From: a virus
Virus record (IMG/VR): IMGVR_UViG_3300025674_000028
Span: 1-64,000 of that record
Length of the DNA: 64,000 bases
Direction: 5' to 3' (one strand)
Position numbers and translations under genes: made by a program. Below the pieces are notes generated by a model, which was not told the origin of the DNA, searched no databases, and saw nothing but the letters and a program-made list of their open reading frames with translations. Position 1 is the first letter of the stretch. Each line of letters begins with the position of its first letter. This document shows positions 47,444-56,653 of this stretch, piece after piece.

Positions 47444-48259
47444 ATGACAGAACGCGACCAAACTCAGAATCCCCCTGAGACGGACGAAGAAGAAGGAGAC
47501 CAGCACGGAGGTTACTTCACGCAAGACCTGCTGGAACAAAGGCGGATGATCATCAAAGCTGCGAAGGCGACGGACTACGCAGCAGATTTGCAGCGCCGTG
47601 CCGCTCAGCAAAAGATTGTGATTCACCCGTTTCCACCAATCCCTCGATCTCTTGTGGGACTCATCAGAGTTTCAATCCCAGGGGTGCCTGACCATGAAGC
47701 GCAGCAGGGCGAGATCGAAGTTGAACGTATTACTGTCCCGTTGACACAAGCGGTGTACCAAAGCCACAGCGACACTGCGGTGCCCATTCTGAGCGTCGGA
47801 GACACCCAGAAGATGATGGGTGACGCGATGTTTGAGTACTGGAGTTATGGTAGAGCATACCAAGCGTATCTGCGCACGCAGGAGAGCTTGTACCGGGCTA
47901 AGGAAAAAAGCTTTAAGGTGCGAGCTCGAACGCTGAAGCTTGAACTGGCGTCGATGTACGAGCAAGCACGAGACGCAAAAGGCAACAAGATCCCTCAAGC
48001 GACCCGTAAAGCCAACACTGAGAATGATCCTGTGTTGAAGAAGTGGGAACGTGAGGAGGCGATGGCCAAGTTGATTGCCGAGCACCTTTCTCTTCAAGTC
48101 AAGACCGTCAATGACGTTGTTGAGCTTTGCAGTCGCATGTTGACCAGCAATCTCAAAATGATGGACTTGTACAATCAAGGCCGACAGTCCAACTCCCGTC
48201 AGAGTAGGCAAGACCAAGCGTTTAACGCGTTGAGTCACTTAGCCAATGGAGGCGACTGA
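47444..48259 (+). CDS. Helical protein, possibly a UvsY-like recombination mediator
   Basis: Coiled-coil C-half next to the exonuclease; resemblance judged by eye only. Confidence 0.4.
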   Translation: MTERDQTQNPPETDEEEGDQHGGYFTQDLLEQRRMIIKAAKATDYAADLQRRAAQQKIVIHPFPPIPRSLVGLIRVSIPGVPDHEAQQGEIEVERITVPLTQAVYQSHSDTAVPILSVGDTQKMMGDAMFEYWSYGRAYQAYLRTQESLYRAKEKSFKVRARTLKLELASMYEQARDAKGNKIPQATRKANTENDPVLKKWEREEAMAKLIAEHLSLQVKTVNDVVELCSRMLTSNLKMMDLYNQGRQSNSRQSRQDQAFNALSHLANGGD

Positions 48260-48819
48260 TGTCAGACATCGTATGGACCCGGCAGCGTCTCGTAGAGTGT
48301 CCTGTTGATGAGCTTCCTCCTCGCTTTCACCCATACCGCAAGAAGAAAAAGCAGACATGGGAGTCATGGCGTCAAGAGATCATCATGCGGATAGACAACG
48401 GTACCATTGACCTGTCCCCGCGGCAGAAGAAAAGCACGAAAAAGACAGAGTACGACAAGCGCCAAAAGGAAACGCTTGAAGCGCTGTCGAGCTTTGGCAT
48501 TAAAGACGAAGCAGCGCTTCGCTTTTGTGCTGACCCAAACTATGACGACGCATACATGCGCAATCTGAACGTCAAGTCCTGGCAACACCAAAATGACGTT
48601 GAGCCCTGCGGTCAAGGCGGCATGTGGCACCTCCGTATGGGCATGGAGCGCGCTGTGAGAGCTTCTATCGAGCTTAAGCTGGAAGAGGCAAACTGTGACT
48701 TGATGTGTGTCCACTGTCCGGCTGGGACAGTCCTAGGCTGCGTCACGCAGAACGTGACAAGCATTGAAACTGAAGGAATCAACCTGAAGCCAATACTTGG
48801 CCTTACACAGGAGAACTGA
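48259..48819 (+). CDS. Hypothetical protein
   Basis: TGATG coupling; Cys cluster near the C-terminus. Confidence 0.65.
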   Translation: MSDIVWTRQRLVECPVDELPPRFHPYRKKKKQTWESWRQEIIMRIDNGTIDLSPRQKKSTKKTEYDKRQKETLEALSSFGIKDEAALRFCADPNYDDAYMRNLNVKSWQHQNDVEPCGQGGMWHLRMGMERAVRASIELKLEEANCDLMCVHCPAGTVLGCVTQNVTSIETEGINLKPILGLTQEN

Positions 48820-49940
48820 TGACGATCTACCCAATTGACAAGCTAGAGCCTACCACGGCTTACGACAGGGCAACGTTGAAGCGCTTCCTTGAAGAGAATC
48901 CGCTGCAAAAGGTGCAAGAGTGGCTTCTTAACGCATATGGAGAAGACCACTTCGGCAAGCCTGTTGAGAGCGAGCATACGCCCATCTTGAAGACGGGACA
49001 TGAAGGCTGGCTGCCTCATCAAATCAAAGCCTTCGGACAGGGTCAGAAGTTTCGTGCGAAGCTGATGGACTCTGAGTTATTGGACTACATCGACCATGCT
49101 TACGCGGTCGCGCTTCAGGGGGGTACCAATGTCCGGTCTTACGATGAGATCTTTGGTGAAACGGCTGAACAAACCAAAGCTGCCGAAGCACCTAAGAAAA
49201 AGCCCGCAAAGAAGAGAAAGACAAAGAGCGCTGCCAAAGAGCAAACTTCGCTCATCGCTACGGACCACACTGCGAGTCCTCCAGATGCGACCATCGAAGT
49301 AAGTCAGCCTACGGCCCAGACTGACTTGATGAAAATGCTGGCGCAGCTTGGTCAGGAGGTCCAGACGGGTTTTAAGCGAATGGACTCTCGCTGTGACGTA
49401 CTGGAGTCGTCCATTGCTGAAAACAGGCAGGCCATCGAGCAGTGTGGGTCTGAGGTCAAGGCAGCACTGACATACCTAAGTGATCCTTTCAACATTCCAG
49501 GCATGTCCGCCTACAAAACACAGCTGACCAACTCGCTCGCATACTTGGGTGGCATTACGGGAGGTCAGTCTGCCGAAGACGTCGTGTTTGGCATTTGGGC
49601 AACCGAGCCTGCCACTCAAGACGTTGTTTCTGTTGAGCCTGCGACCGAGCCTGCAAGCCCCGATGACAATCAAGAGCCAGACGAAGTCCCCTTGTTTACT
49701 GAGGGGGATGAAGTCAGCTTGCCAATTGATGAGTTGTTGCAGGGAGATCGGTTGATTTTGAGTCGTCTGCTCAAAGGCTGCCAAGTCTCAACGGTCAAAG
49801 AGCTCTCGGAGCGATGTACTCAGCAACGAGCTTTTCGCAATCGGGCTTTGAAGATGCTGGCTGACAATGGCGTGGAAATCAAAAGCGCTGACAAAATTGG
49901 GGAGCTGCTTGCTTGGATCAGCGCCGCATCTGAGGGATGA
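48819..49940 (+). CDS. Hypothetical protein
   Basis: TGATG coupling; Lys-rich linker and coiled coil. Confidence 0.7.
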   Translation: MTIYPIDKLEPTTAYDRATLKRFLEENPLQKVQEWLLNAYGEDHFGKPVESEHTPILKTGHEGWLPHQIKAFGQGQKFRAKLMDSELLDYIDHAYAVALQGGTNVRSYDEIFGETAEQTKAAEAPKKKPAKKRKTKSAAKEQTSLIATDHTASPPDATIEVSQPTAQTDLMKMLAQLGQEVQTGFKRMDSRCDVLESSIAENRQAIEQCGSEVKAALTYLSDPFNIPGMSAYKTQLTNSLAYLGGITGGQSAEDVVFGIWATEPATQDVVSVEPATEPASPDDNQEPDEVPLFTEGDEVSLPIDELLQGDRLILSRLLKGCQVSTVKELSERCTQQRAFRNRALKMLADNGVEIKSADKIGELLAWISAASEG

Positions 49941-50253
49941 CTTGTTGGGGGCTAGGAGGGGAGGCGTTGGCATTGTAGAGCGCGCTGCCAGCCAGCAGTA
50001 CGCCAGGCAGTACGGCCCAACGAGGCATGCCAGCTAATGCTGCGGCGCCAAGCCCCAATCCTGTCCCAACAGCAGCCCCTCGCATCGTCTCTGTCTTCGG
50101 GTCTCGCCGAGGGTCACCGCTTAAGGACGCCGCCCCTCTGGAGGCTGTGCCTCCTATGACAGCACCGCCCAGCGCCATTGGAACCATACTGCTCTGCTTA
50201 ATTCCTAGGAGGCGCTGCCCCTTTGCATAAAGCCTTCTATTGAGCGAGTGCAT
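49918..50253 (-). CDS. Small glycine-zipper membrane protein
   Basis: ALGGAVIGG and GAAVGTGLGLGAAALAG segments. Confidence 0.55.
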   Translation of the reverse strand: MHSLNRRLYAKGQRLLGIKQSSMVPMALGGAVIGGTASRGAASLSGDPRRDPKTETMRGAAVGTGLGLGAAALAGMPRWAVLPGVLLAGSALYNANASPPSPQQVIPQMRR

Positions 50254-50710
50254 AAATCAAGCCTCCAATGACGGCAACCAGGACTCCTTCAATTATAAGA
50301 TGCGTCGGACTCCATAACGTCGTGTCAGGGCAAGCCGGCTCTAATACTACAGGGGTCCGACGCATCTCCAATTCATTCTCTAACAAAGCAACCGTTTCTG
50401 TCAGGGACTCAATCTGCTCGTCTTTTATTTTTAGCCTCTGGCCGAGCAATCCGTAGCGTCTTTTAAGGTCGCCGTGCTGTGCGTCAAATATCGCCAAGCG
50501 CTTGATCCCTTCAAGATCGTAAGCCATGTAAGACTTGCCATCGACTTCAATCAGAGTACCGCCGGGCACATGCTCAATGGCTATTTTTGCAGTATCTGCA
50601 CATGCAGCTTGAGGACAGATCGTACTAACGAGCAAAACGGCGGCGAGCGTCAGTGCGCAAACCTTAAAAAGAAAAGCAATCAGGAAACTGAAGTGACTGG
50701 CTTTACGCAT
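50237..50710 (-). CDS. Exported/membrane coiled-coil protein, possibly spanin-like
   Basis: N-terminal hydrophobic signal, central coiled coil, C-terminal TM segment. Confidence 0.5.
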   Translation of the reverse strand: MRKASHFSFLIAFLFKVCALTLAAVLLVSTICPQAACADTAKIAIEHVPGGTLIEVDGKSYMAYDLEGIKRLAIFDAQHGDLKRRYGLLGQRLKIKDEQIESLTETVALLENELEMRRTPVVLEPACPDTTLWSPTHLIIEGVLVAVIGGLIYALAQ

Positions 50711-50769
50711 TTCTGGAAACCCCTGACGTTGCCCTTTTTCAGCATAAGGATGTCTTGATCCTGGTAAGA

Positions 50770-51075
50770 TTACTTTCGGAAAATAAAATCTTCCAGATCG
50801 TTTGCAGTTTCTATGCTTCGGACCTTTTTTTCTAGCGCGGACTGATCAACTTCCTGGCTTTCAAGGTCGTTATCTTCGGCATCGAGAGACTTTTGCCGAC
50901 TCTTACGAGTTTCCAGTTTATCTCGTAATTCTGCCAGTCGCTCTTTCAAGCGGATCTCGTCGTGTTTGAATTTATCGATGTGACGCAGCGCGTGTTGATA
51001 CCTGCTGTAGGTCCATAGAAGCCCGACAGTTAAACAAAACCCCATGACAACCGTTAGAAAAAAGGTGTAGTCCAT
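50770..51075 (-). CDS. N-terminal TM + coiled-coil protein, possibly i-spanin-like
   Basis: FFLTVVMGFCLTVGLLW followed by charged heptads. Confidence 0.5.
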   Translation of the reverse strand: MDYTFFLTVVMGFCLTVGLLWTYSRYQHALRHIDKFKHDEIRLKERLAELRDKLETRKSRQKSLDAEDNDLESQEVDQSALEKKVRSIETANDLEDFIFRK

Positions 51076-51076
51076 G

Positions 51077-53512
51077 TCAGTACCACGTCGGATCATACCC
51101 GAATACGACGATTCGAAAAGTTAGGTTAACGTCAGTGGTCAAATTCGTAACATTGTTTGACATGGTATGCCGTAACAAAAAATCCATGCGATATCGTGGG
51201 TCGACTATACCATTTACTCGTTGGTGATTGTAAATCTCAACACTGTACTCATCCGTATCAGTTTTAAAAATAATCCACGCTTGCGCGAACTGTCTTAACT
51301 GATTGCTAACGCCAGTCACACCCGAAGCATCAGCGTTGAAAGAAAATGTGACATTGATGTCTTGGCTACCAAGCTGATTGTATCCAACAGCATCCACGTT
51401 GTTCTCAAAATCACCAGAGCCGTCATTCCATATTGTAATTGTCGGTGCTACACCTCCTGCATTTGTAAAAATGTTGATGATCGCCATTGCGCGGGGTGTG
51501 TTGTAGGCATATACGTGCCCCGACACATCTACGGTGTTGGCTGTCAACGTATCGCCGGACAAATCAGACGACACAGTAATCGCGCCGCCTGTTGTCGACT
51601 CAAGAAAATCAGTTTTTAGGGTGACGGTAGATGGAACAATAATGTCGGATGCAGTGAGGATGACGATGTCTTTCAATACATCGTTAGGGTTGTCCCATAC
51701 ACTGACGACGCCAGCCGTATCTCTATCATTTGATGCATTGGCATTTTCTGCACGAATCAACAACTGCGTAAACATCTCAGTGCCGTGAAATGCACGCAGA
51801 GCTAAGCCAGTCTTGCGGTATCCTGTAAGATATGACGTCCCTGCATCGTCGTCGGTGTTATCGATGGTCAGGGCAACCATCTCAGAGTTGCTGTTGATGC
51901 TCTCGCGCAGCGTCGTTCTGGGTGAACCATAGTCAAGGTTCGGCCCAGACAGGTCGTAATAGACAGGATCTACGTCGTCGGTGGACAGGATGGAGTTTGT
52001 GTCAATCAACACCGGCCGTCCTGTCAGTATGCTGATCTCGTCGCTGCGAATAATGAATCCAGGATTAAGTTGTAATGGATCTGACCCGTCATTGACCTCA
52101 ATTCGAAATTCACCGTCCGTAGTATCCGTCGCGTAGGGGTTCAGAAAGCTGATTTTGCCCACATCATGCAGCGTGCCGTCTTGCTTTTCGCCGCTCCCAA
52201 TAAGGCAAGTCTCTCTGCCAAGGGTTAAGTCTGTTGCATGAACGTCATGCAGGCGGATGCCAACGTAATCAATGTTGGCATCGTTGCCGTCATCCATGAC
52301 TGTCAGCGTAATGTCCGTAAAAGGCTTGTAGTCTACGCCATCCTTACGGTGGATCAATACGCCGTCTTCACTGCGAATTTGAATGGGAGAGCCAATATGT
52401 GACAGGTCGGTATTGTATGCCACAGTAGACTGAATTTTTACGGGGGCGTCTGTGACGTTCTGAGAAAAAGTCGCGTCGCCCCTGAACAAAAACGTCGATG
52501 TTCCGCTGTTTAGAATAAACGTTCCCGCCTGCGTCGTGCCTAACACCAAGTCGGCGTCATTGTTTGCCGTAATGCTGAGCGTGCCAGATGCGTCGTTCTC
52601 GTAGATAGTCAACCCAGCGACGCCAAACTCCAGACCGCGCTCGAACTGAAGCCCAGTAACCAAGCCAAAGTTCATCGTCGCGCCAAACTCAAATGACCCA
52701 TTGTCACCGCACGTAAAGCGGAAGTCGTCGCCGGCATTGAAGTTTGAACTGTTGCCTAAGAATAATGAACTGTTATGTGAAAATAGAAGTTGACTGTTGT
52801 CTTGACCTTGCAGCTCCATGGCTCCAATCGTGGCAGTCACAGAGATTGTTGAATCGCTGACTTGCACATACTGCGTATCACGATCAAGCAGCTTCCAAGT
52901 CATTCCGTCTCGGATCGTCCAACGACCTCCCACGACCGACAATGACGTACCCGCTATTTTAAATAATGGGACGTACTGCGATGCCTGCTCCGCGCTAGTG
53001 TAGCTTGCTGGCTGATTCGGGTCGCCTGCGTTAAAAATCGCAGATTGAGACGCAGCGAGGCTGTTTGACAAGATAATGCGGCCGTCATTATTGGGACTGT
53101 CCGAGATGCTTGCTAAGTCAGCGGTCACTACGACGTCAGATCCAGGCGTCAAACGCACCCAGACGTTGTTGCCGCCTCCGCCAAGGACGTGCGCCCCTTC
53201 ATTGATGACAATGCGCGTCGAGCCTGGTGATCCAGTAGATGGATCTACCCAGGCTGCTTCCAACGTAAAAGCACTGCCCGTAATCGTCAGTGTTTGAGTT
53301 GCGTAGTCCCATGCAAGAGACGGTTGATCTGCCGACACAGGCTCAAGGCTTTGCCACGCTCGTCCAGCAGCGGCCAGGAAGTCTGTGCTGGCAGCCATCA
53401 AACTGCTGCCCCTGTTGTCTGTCGCAGCAGCCACAGACTCAAAGGGATTGATCAACAACTTCTTACCCAGAGCATCCGGAAAGTTGAGCTCAGCGTCAGA
53501 CTTGTAACCCAT
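51077..53512 (-). CDS. Tail fibre/spike-like structural protein (start revised to ATG 53512)
   Basis: AAGGAG SD; Asp/Thr/Gly/Asn-rich beta-type composition. Confidence 0.6.
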   Translation of the reverse strand: MGYKSDAELNFPDALGKKLLINPFESVAAATDNRGSSLMAASTDFLAAAGRAWQSLEPVSADQPSLAWDYATQTLTITGSAFTLEAAWVDPSTGSPGSTRIVINEGAHVLGGGGNNVWVRLTPGSDVVVTADLASISDSPNNDGRIILSNSLAASQSAIFNAGDPNQPASYTSAEQASQYVPLFKIAGTSLSVVGGRWTIRDGMTWKLLDRDTQYVQVSDSTISVTATIGAMELQGQDNSQLLFSHNSSLFLGNSSNFNAGDDFRFTCGDNGSFEFGATMNFGLVTGLQFERGLEFGVAGLTIYENDASGTLSITANNDADLVLGTTQAGTFILNSGTSTFLFRGDATFSQNVTDAPVKIQSTVAYNTDLSHIGSPIQIRSEDGVLIHRKDGVDYKPFTDITLTVMDDGNDANIDYVGIRLHDVHATDLTLGRETCLIGSGEKQDGTLHDVGKISFLNPYATDTTDGEFRIEVNDGSDPLQLNPGFIIRSDEISILTGRPVLIDTNSILSTDDVDPVYYDLSGPNLDYGSPRTTLRESINSNSEMVALTIDNTDDDAGTSYLTGYRKTGLALRAFHGTEMFTQLLIRAENANASNDRDTAGVVSVWDNPNDVLKDIVILTASDIIVPSTVTLKTDFLESTTGGAITVSSDLSGDTLTANTVDVSGHVYAYNTPRAMAIINIFTNAGGVAPTITIWNDGSGDFENNVDAVGYNQLGSQDINVTFSFNADASGVTGVSNQLRQFAQAWIIFKTDTDEYSVEIYNHQRVNGIVDPRYRMDFLLRHTMSNNVTNLTTDVNLTFRIVVFGYDPTWY

Positions 53513-53552
53513 GGACTTGCGCTCCTTGCATGTCAAATTTTTTTTGGACAGT

Positions 53553-54008
53553 TCAGAGCCCAGAACCGTAATATTCTGGAGCGTCGTCAAACCGCCTGAT
53601 TTTGTGCTTTGTGTTGATTAAAGCATCATATGCACTAGGCACACCGCCCACTAGTAAGCCTACACCTGCCATCGTCGCAATCCGATGTGGGGCGCGCCTC
53701 GCTACTTCCCCAATAAGAAGGCCTTTCAATGCTCCGTAACCTGCTGCCTTTGATGCATAGTCGTAATCGACAGGAAGGTATGCAGGCACGAGCCCTTTAT
53801 CACGGTCACGGTGCTGTTGGTAAATATTCCGCAAACCTTCAGTCGTGCCAAATAACGCAGCGCCTCCAAGTGGATACGCAAAAGTCGCAGCGCCTCCAAG
53901 TGGAAACGCAAAATGTCTTGCTGAAATGCGCGCACTCATTTTATAGAAGGCATCATGTCGCTTGGCGCCAACTATCGACAAGCCTTTTTGGTAGAGCCCA
54001 TGAGCCAT
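53553..54008 (-). CDS. Small Gly-rich membrane/virion protein
   Basis: YKMSA motif; internal 10-aa duplication. Confidence 0.55.
   Translation of the reverse strand: MAHGLYQKGLSIVGAKRHDAFYKMSARISARHFAFPLGGAATFAYPLGGAALFGTTEGLRNIYQQHRDRDKGLVPAYLPVDYDYASKAAGYGALKGLLIGEVARRAPHRIATMAGVGLLVGGVPSAYDALINTKHKIRRFDDAPEYYGSGL
53856..53913. repeat. 30-bp tandem duplication
   Basis: CGCAGCGCCTCCAAGTGGA(T/A)ACGCAAAA twice, encoding FAFPLGGAAT and FAYPLGGAAL. Confidence 0.85.
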
Positions 54009-54028
54009 GATATTGCCTACTTACCAGT

Positions 54029-55498
54029 TTAGAAGGGGCCGTACTTTAAATACTCGGAGAGAAAAGCCGTAGGCACAGCAGGCACTAACCCGGCAGCCAT
54101 CCCTCCAAGCATGGCAGTGGACCCTACTGCATTAGGGACGATAAACGGGGCACCTGCACCGTATGCCCCTCCAAACGTCATGCCCATCGCAGCGCCTTCT
54201 AGCCCTTCTCCTGAAGGCGCTCCGATGCCCGCCCCAACAAGTCCGCCAGCGCCTATCCCCAGGGCCGTACGCTTTGCAAACCTGTTTAACATCCCTGGAC
54301 TGTACAGCTTCTTTTGGTCGTAGCTATATCGATTCGTGAGGTCGCGCAACGATTGCCGAAATGTCGGATTTCTGCGTATGAACGATGTTTTGCCTTGACC
54401 GCCTGAGTTATTCAGGAGAGAAGCCGCGAGCAGTGGATCTTCCGCAACAGCTTCGTCTAAATCAACGCCATAAGCGATCTCGGGAGCCGTCTCAGGATCT
54501 TCGAAGTGTTCTCTGGTCGCAACCGCGAAGTTGCCAGGCTGTTGACCGGGCGACAGTTGAGCAAAAACGTTTTGAGGAGCGCGCCCTGCGAAATAACCCA
54601 AGGCTTCACCGGTGCCAGTGTCATAGATCGTGTTGACTGACCTGTTGGACATGCCTCCGAGCAAGCCGCCGCCGAGCAAACCTAGCCCTGCACCAAGCAG
54701 ACCTGGCTTTCGGCCGGCACCCCGCATTTTTAGCGCAAAGTTTTGGAGTGCGGGGCTTGTCATGCGTGGAGCAAGAGCGGCAGCAGCGCGCTGAGCAGCC
54801 ACTCCTGCACCGCCGCCTAACAAGCCGCCGACACCACCAAGGACCGCAGCACGTTGTAGCCGGTCTTTGACGCCGGGTGCAGTTTCCTCCATGTAGTATT
54901 CCAGAAACGGAGCGTCGGCATTCTGCTGATACCCAACAAGGCCGGCGTTGCGCAATTGAGGGACGTCTTGACTGATTTTTTGAAGCATGCGACGTCGCAT
55001 GTGCAACTCACGCGCAGCGCTGGTCTTACCGCTTGTCATTGGAGTCTCCTCATTGTCGGGGTTGTCATATCCGCTGTCGTTTTGAGGGCTCCGTAAACCC
55101 ATGGCACGACGCACGTCCTGTTCTACCGCTTTGCTCTTGCGAACTTCACGATCAAGCTCACGTCCAAGTTGTTCTCCCAGCGCATTCTGCTCCCAGAGCG
55201 TCATGGCTTGATCTAACGCGAGGGCCTGCATGCCCTGTTTGGCTTCGTGTATTGCGTTCAGCGTTCGCTCTTTCTCAATCTTAGCGTAAGCTTCGGCGTG
55301 CCGCTGTTCCATTGCCATCTCATTGAGCTCGGCGATGGTCTTGACCTTTTCGGCGCCAGCAGAATCGGCCATTAAGCTCTTGGCCAGTGCGAGCGTAGGG
55401 TTGCTCTCAGGCAGCGGACCAATAGAACCAACGTTGCTTTTCTTGTATGTCATCTTCTTCGTGGCCTCGTCCAATTCTGTCGTTATCCTAACAGCCAA
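54029..55498 (-). CDS. Glycine-zipper putative internal/ejection protein
   Basis: Several GxxxG blocks; GKTSA, QKIS and GKTS motifs; start uncertain. Confidence 0.55.
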   Translation of the reverse strand: MAVRITTELDEATKKMTYKKSNVGSIGPLPESNPTLALAKSLMADSAGAEKVKTIAELNEMAMEQRHAEAYAKIEKERTLNAIHEAKQGMQALALDQAMTLWEQNALGEQLGRELDREVRKSKAVEQDVRRAMGLRSPQNDSGYDNPDNEETPMTSGKTSAARELHMRRRMLQKISQDVPQLRNAGLVGYQQNADAPFLEYYMEETAPGVKDRLQRAAVLGGVGGLLGGGAGVAAQRAAAALAPRMTSPALQNFALKMRGAGRKPGLLGAGLGLLGGGLLGGMSNRSVNTIYDTGTGEALGYFAGRAPQNVFAQLSPGQQPGNFAVATREHFEDPETAPEIAYGVDLDEAVAEDPLLAASLLNNSGGQGKTSFIRRNPTFRQSLRDLTNRYSYDQKKLYSPGMLNRFAKRTALGIGAGGLVGAGIGAPSGEGLEGAAMGMTFGGAYGAGAPFIVPNAVGSTAMLGGMAAGLVPAVPTAFLSEYLKYGPF

Positions 55499-55504
55499 GC
55501 GTGT

Positions 55505-56281
55505 CTACGTCCGAATCTCCCACCGTACCGTAAAGCTCATCTCGAAAAGCTTGACGACGTCGGCGACCTTGCGTGCTAAAAGCGTACTCGGGGACGCGGA
55601 AGGCACTTGAGGGTCACCTATGACCGCGGGGGCGCCTTCAATAGGATGATCGTCTCCGCCCGCGCTGTTAAACAACCCAAATTCGCGCAAGAGATAAGGT
55701 GTGGCCTCAGCATCGACCCCCTGACGCAAGGTTCCTGCGGGGATGTCAAACTCAAAGGCCACGTTAATAGATTCAAACAATGCGTCGTATTCCGACTTGG
55801 CGTCCTGGACAATCACCCTCGATAAGTCAAAGTAGACTGGCGCCGCATTCAATGTATCTGATTCTGTCAGGTAGTAATCCAACTGCGTGTCAGTTGGCGC
55901 AGAAGGTGTTGCGCCTGTGCCGACGTAAAGGCGCACTGGAAAAACGGGATCATTGTAGTCAAAGCCGTCTTTGCCATTGGGAAAAGACGATGTTCCTACG
56001 ACCGCTTGGACTTGCGCCTCCTTGCGTGCAAGGATTTTGGCAACAATGACTCGGAATGGATATGTCAGCGTGTTGCGCCCCAAGTCCTGAGTTTTAACGA
56101 CTTCATTCTTATGCTTGTGAAGCAAAAGTACGCGGCCCTCTCTCAAGATCTTGGAGCAATCGTTCAATTGCTTTTGCACGACCGCCTTGCGTACCAGACC
56201 CAAGGCATTGAGGTCATCGTCGCTCAGCAGCGCCAACTGTCGTTGAATGAATTGTTTTCGCACGACGAGTTTCCCCCTCAA
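55505..56281 (-). CDS. Tail-collar/fibre attachment-type baseplate protein
   Basis: YVGTG...PTDTQL and LREFGLF motifs typical of tail-collar fibre domains. Confidence 0.65.
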   Translation of the reverse strand: MRGKLVVRKQFIQRQLALLSDDDLNALGLVRKAVVQKQLNDCSKILREGRVLLLHKHKNEVVKTQDLGRNTLTYPFRVIVAKILARKEAQVQAVVGTSSFPNGKDGFDYNDPVFPVRLYVGTGATPSAPTDTQLDYYLTESDTLNAAPVYFDLSRVIVQDAKSEYDALFESINVAFEFDIPAGTLRQGVDAEATPYLLREFGLFNSAGGDDHPIEGAPAVIGDPQVPSASPSTLLARKVADVVKLFEMSFTVRWEIRT

Positions 56282-56643
56282 GAGCCGATGTATGAGTACA
56301 CGCCAGTGCCCGAGGTACTGACGACGTAAATGTTGGCGATGTCGTTGATTTCCAACTTAGGGCTGCTTTCGCCAGGTCGGACAGGGTAGCCTGTGGCATC
56401 TGTCACAGTTGCGTCGCCAACATACACCGTCTCGGGACTGGCAGAATCGCATGTTATTGTAATGCCGCTTAATACTGCCGTAGATGCACCCAAAGCAGCT
56501 GCAACAGCTCCAGCAGTGCCTTGACCAAACAGCAGCGCCGATCCCATTTCCTTAATATGGTGAGGAACGTGGTTGCCCGAGCCATTGACGGTACTTTCAA
56601 CGGCGATTTTAATGTGGTTTGCGTCAAAAACGTCAAAGGCCAT
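56278..56643 (-). CDS. Small virion structural protein
   Basis: GAGG SD; beta-sandwich-like VYVG...GYPVRPGES. Confidence 0.6.
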   Translation of the reverse strand: MAFDVFDANHIKIAVESTVNGSGNHVPHHIKEMGSALLFGQGTAGAVAAALGASTAVLSGITITCDSASPETVYVGDATVTDATGYPVRPGESSPKLEINDIANIYVVSTSGTGVYSYIGS

Positions 56644-56653
56644 GTGCGTGTCC

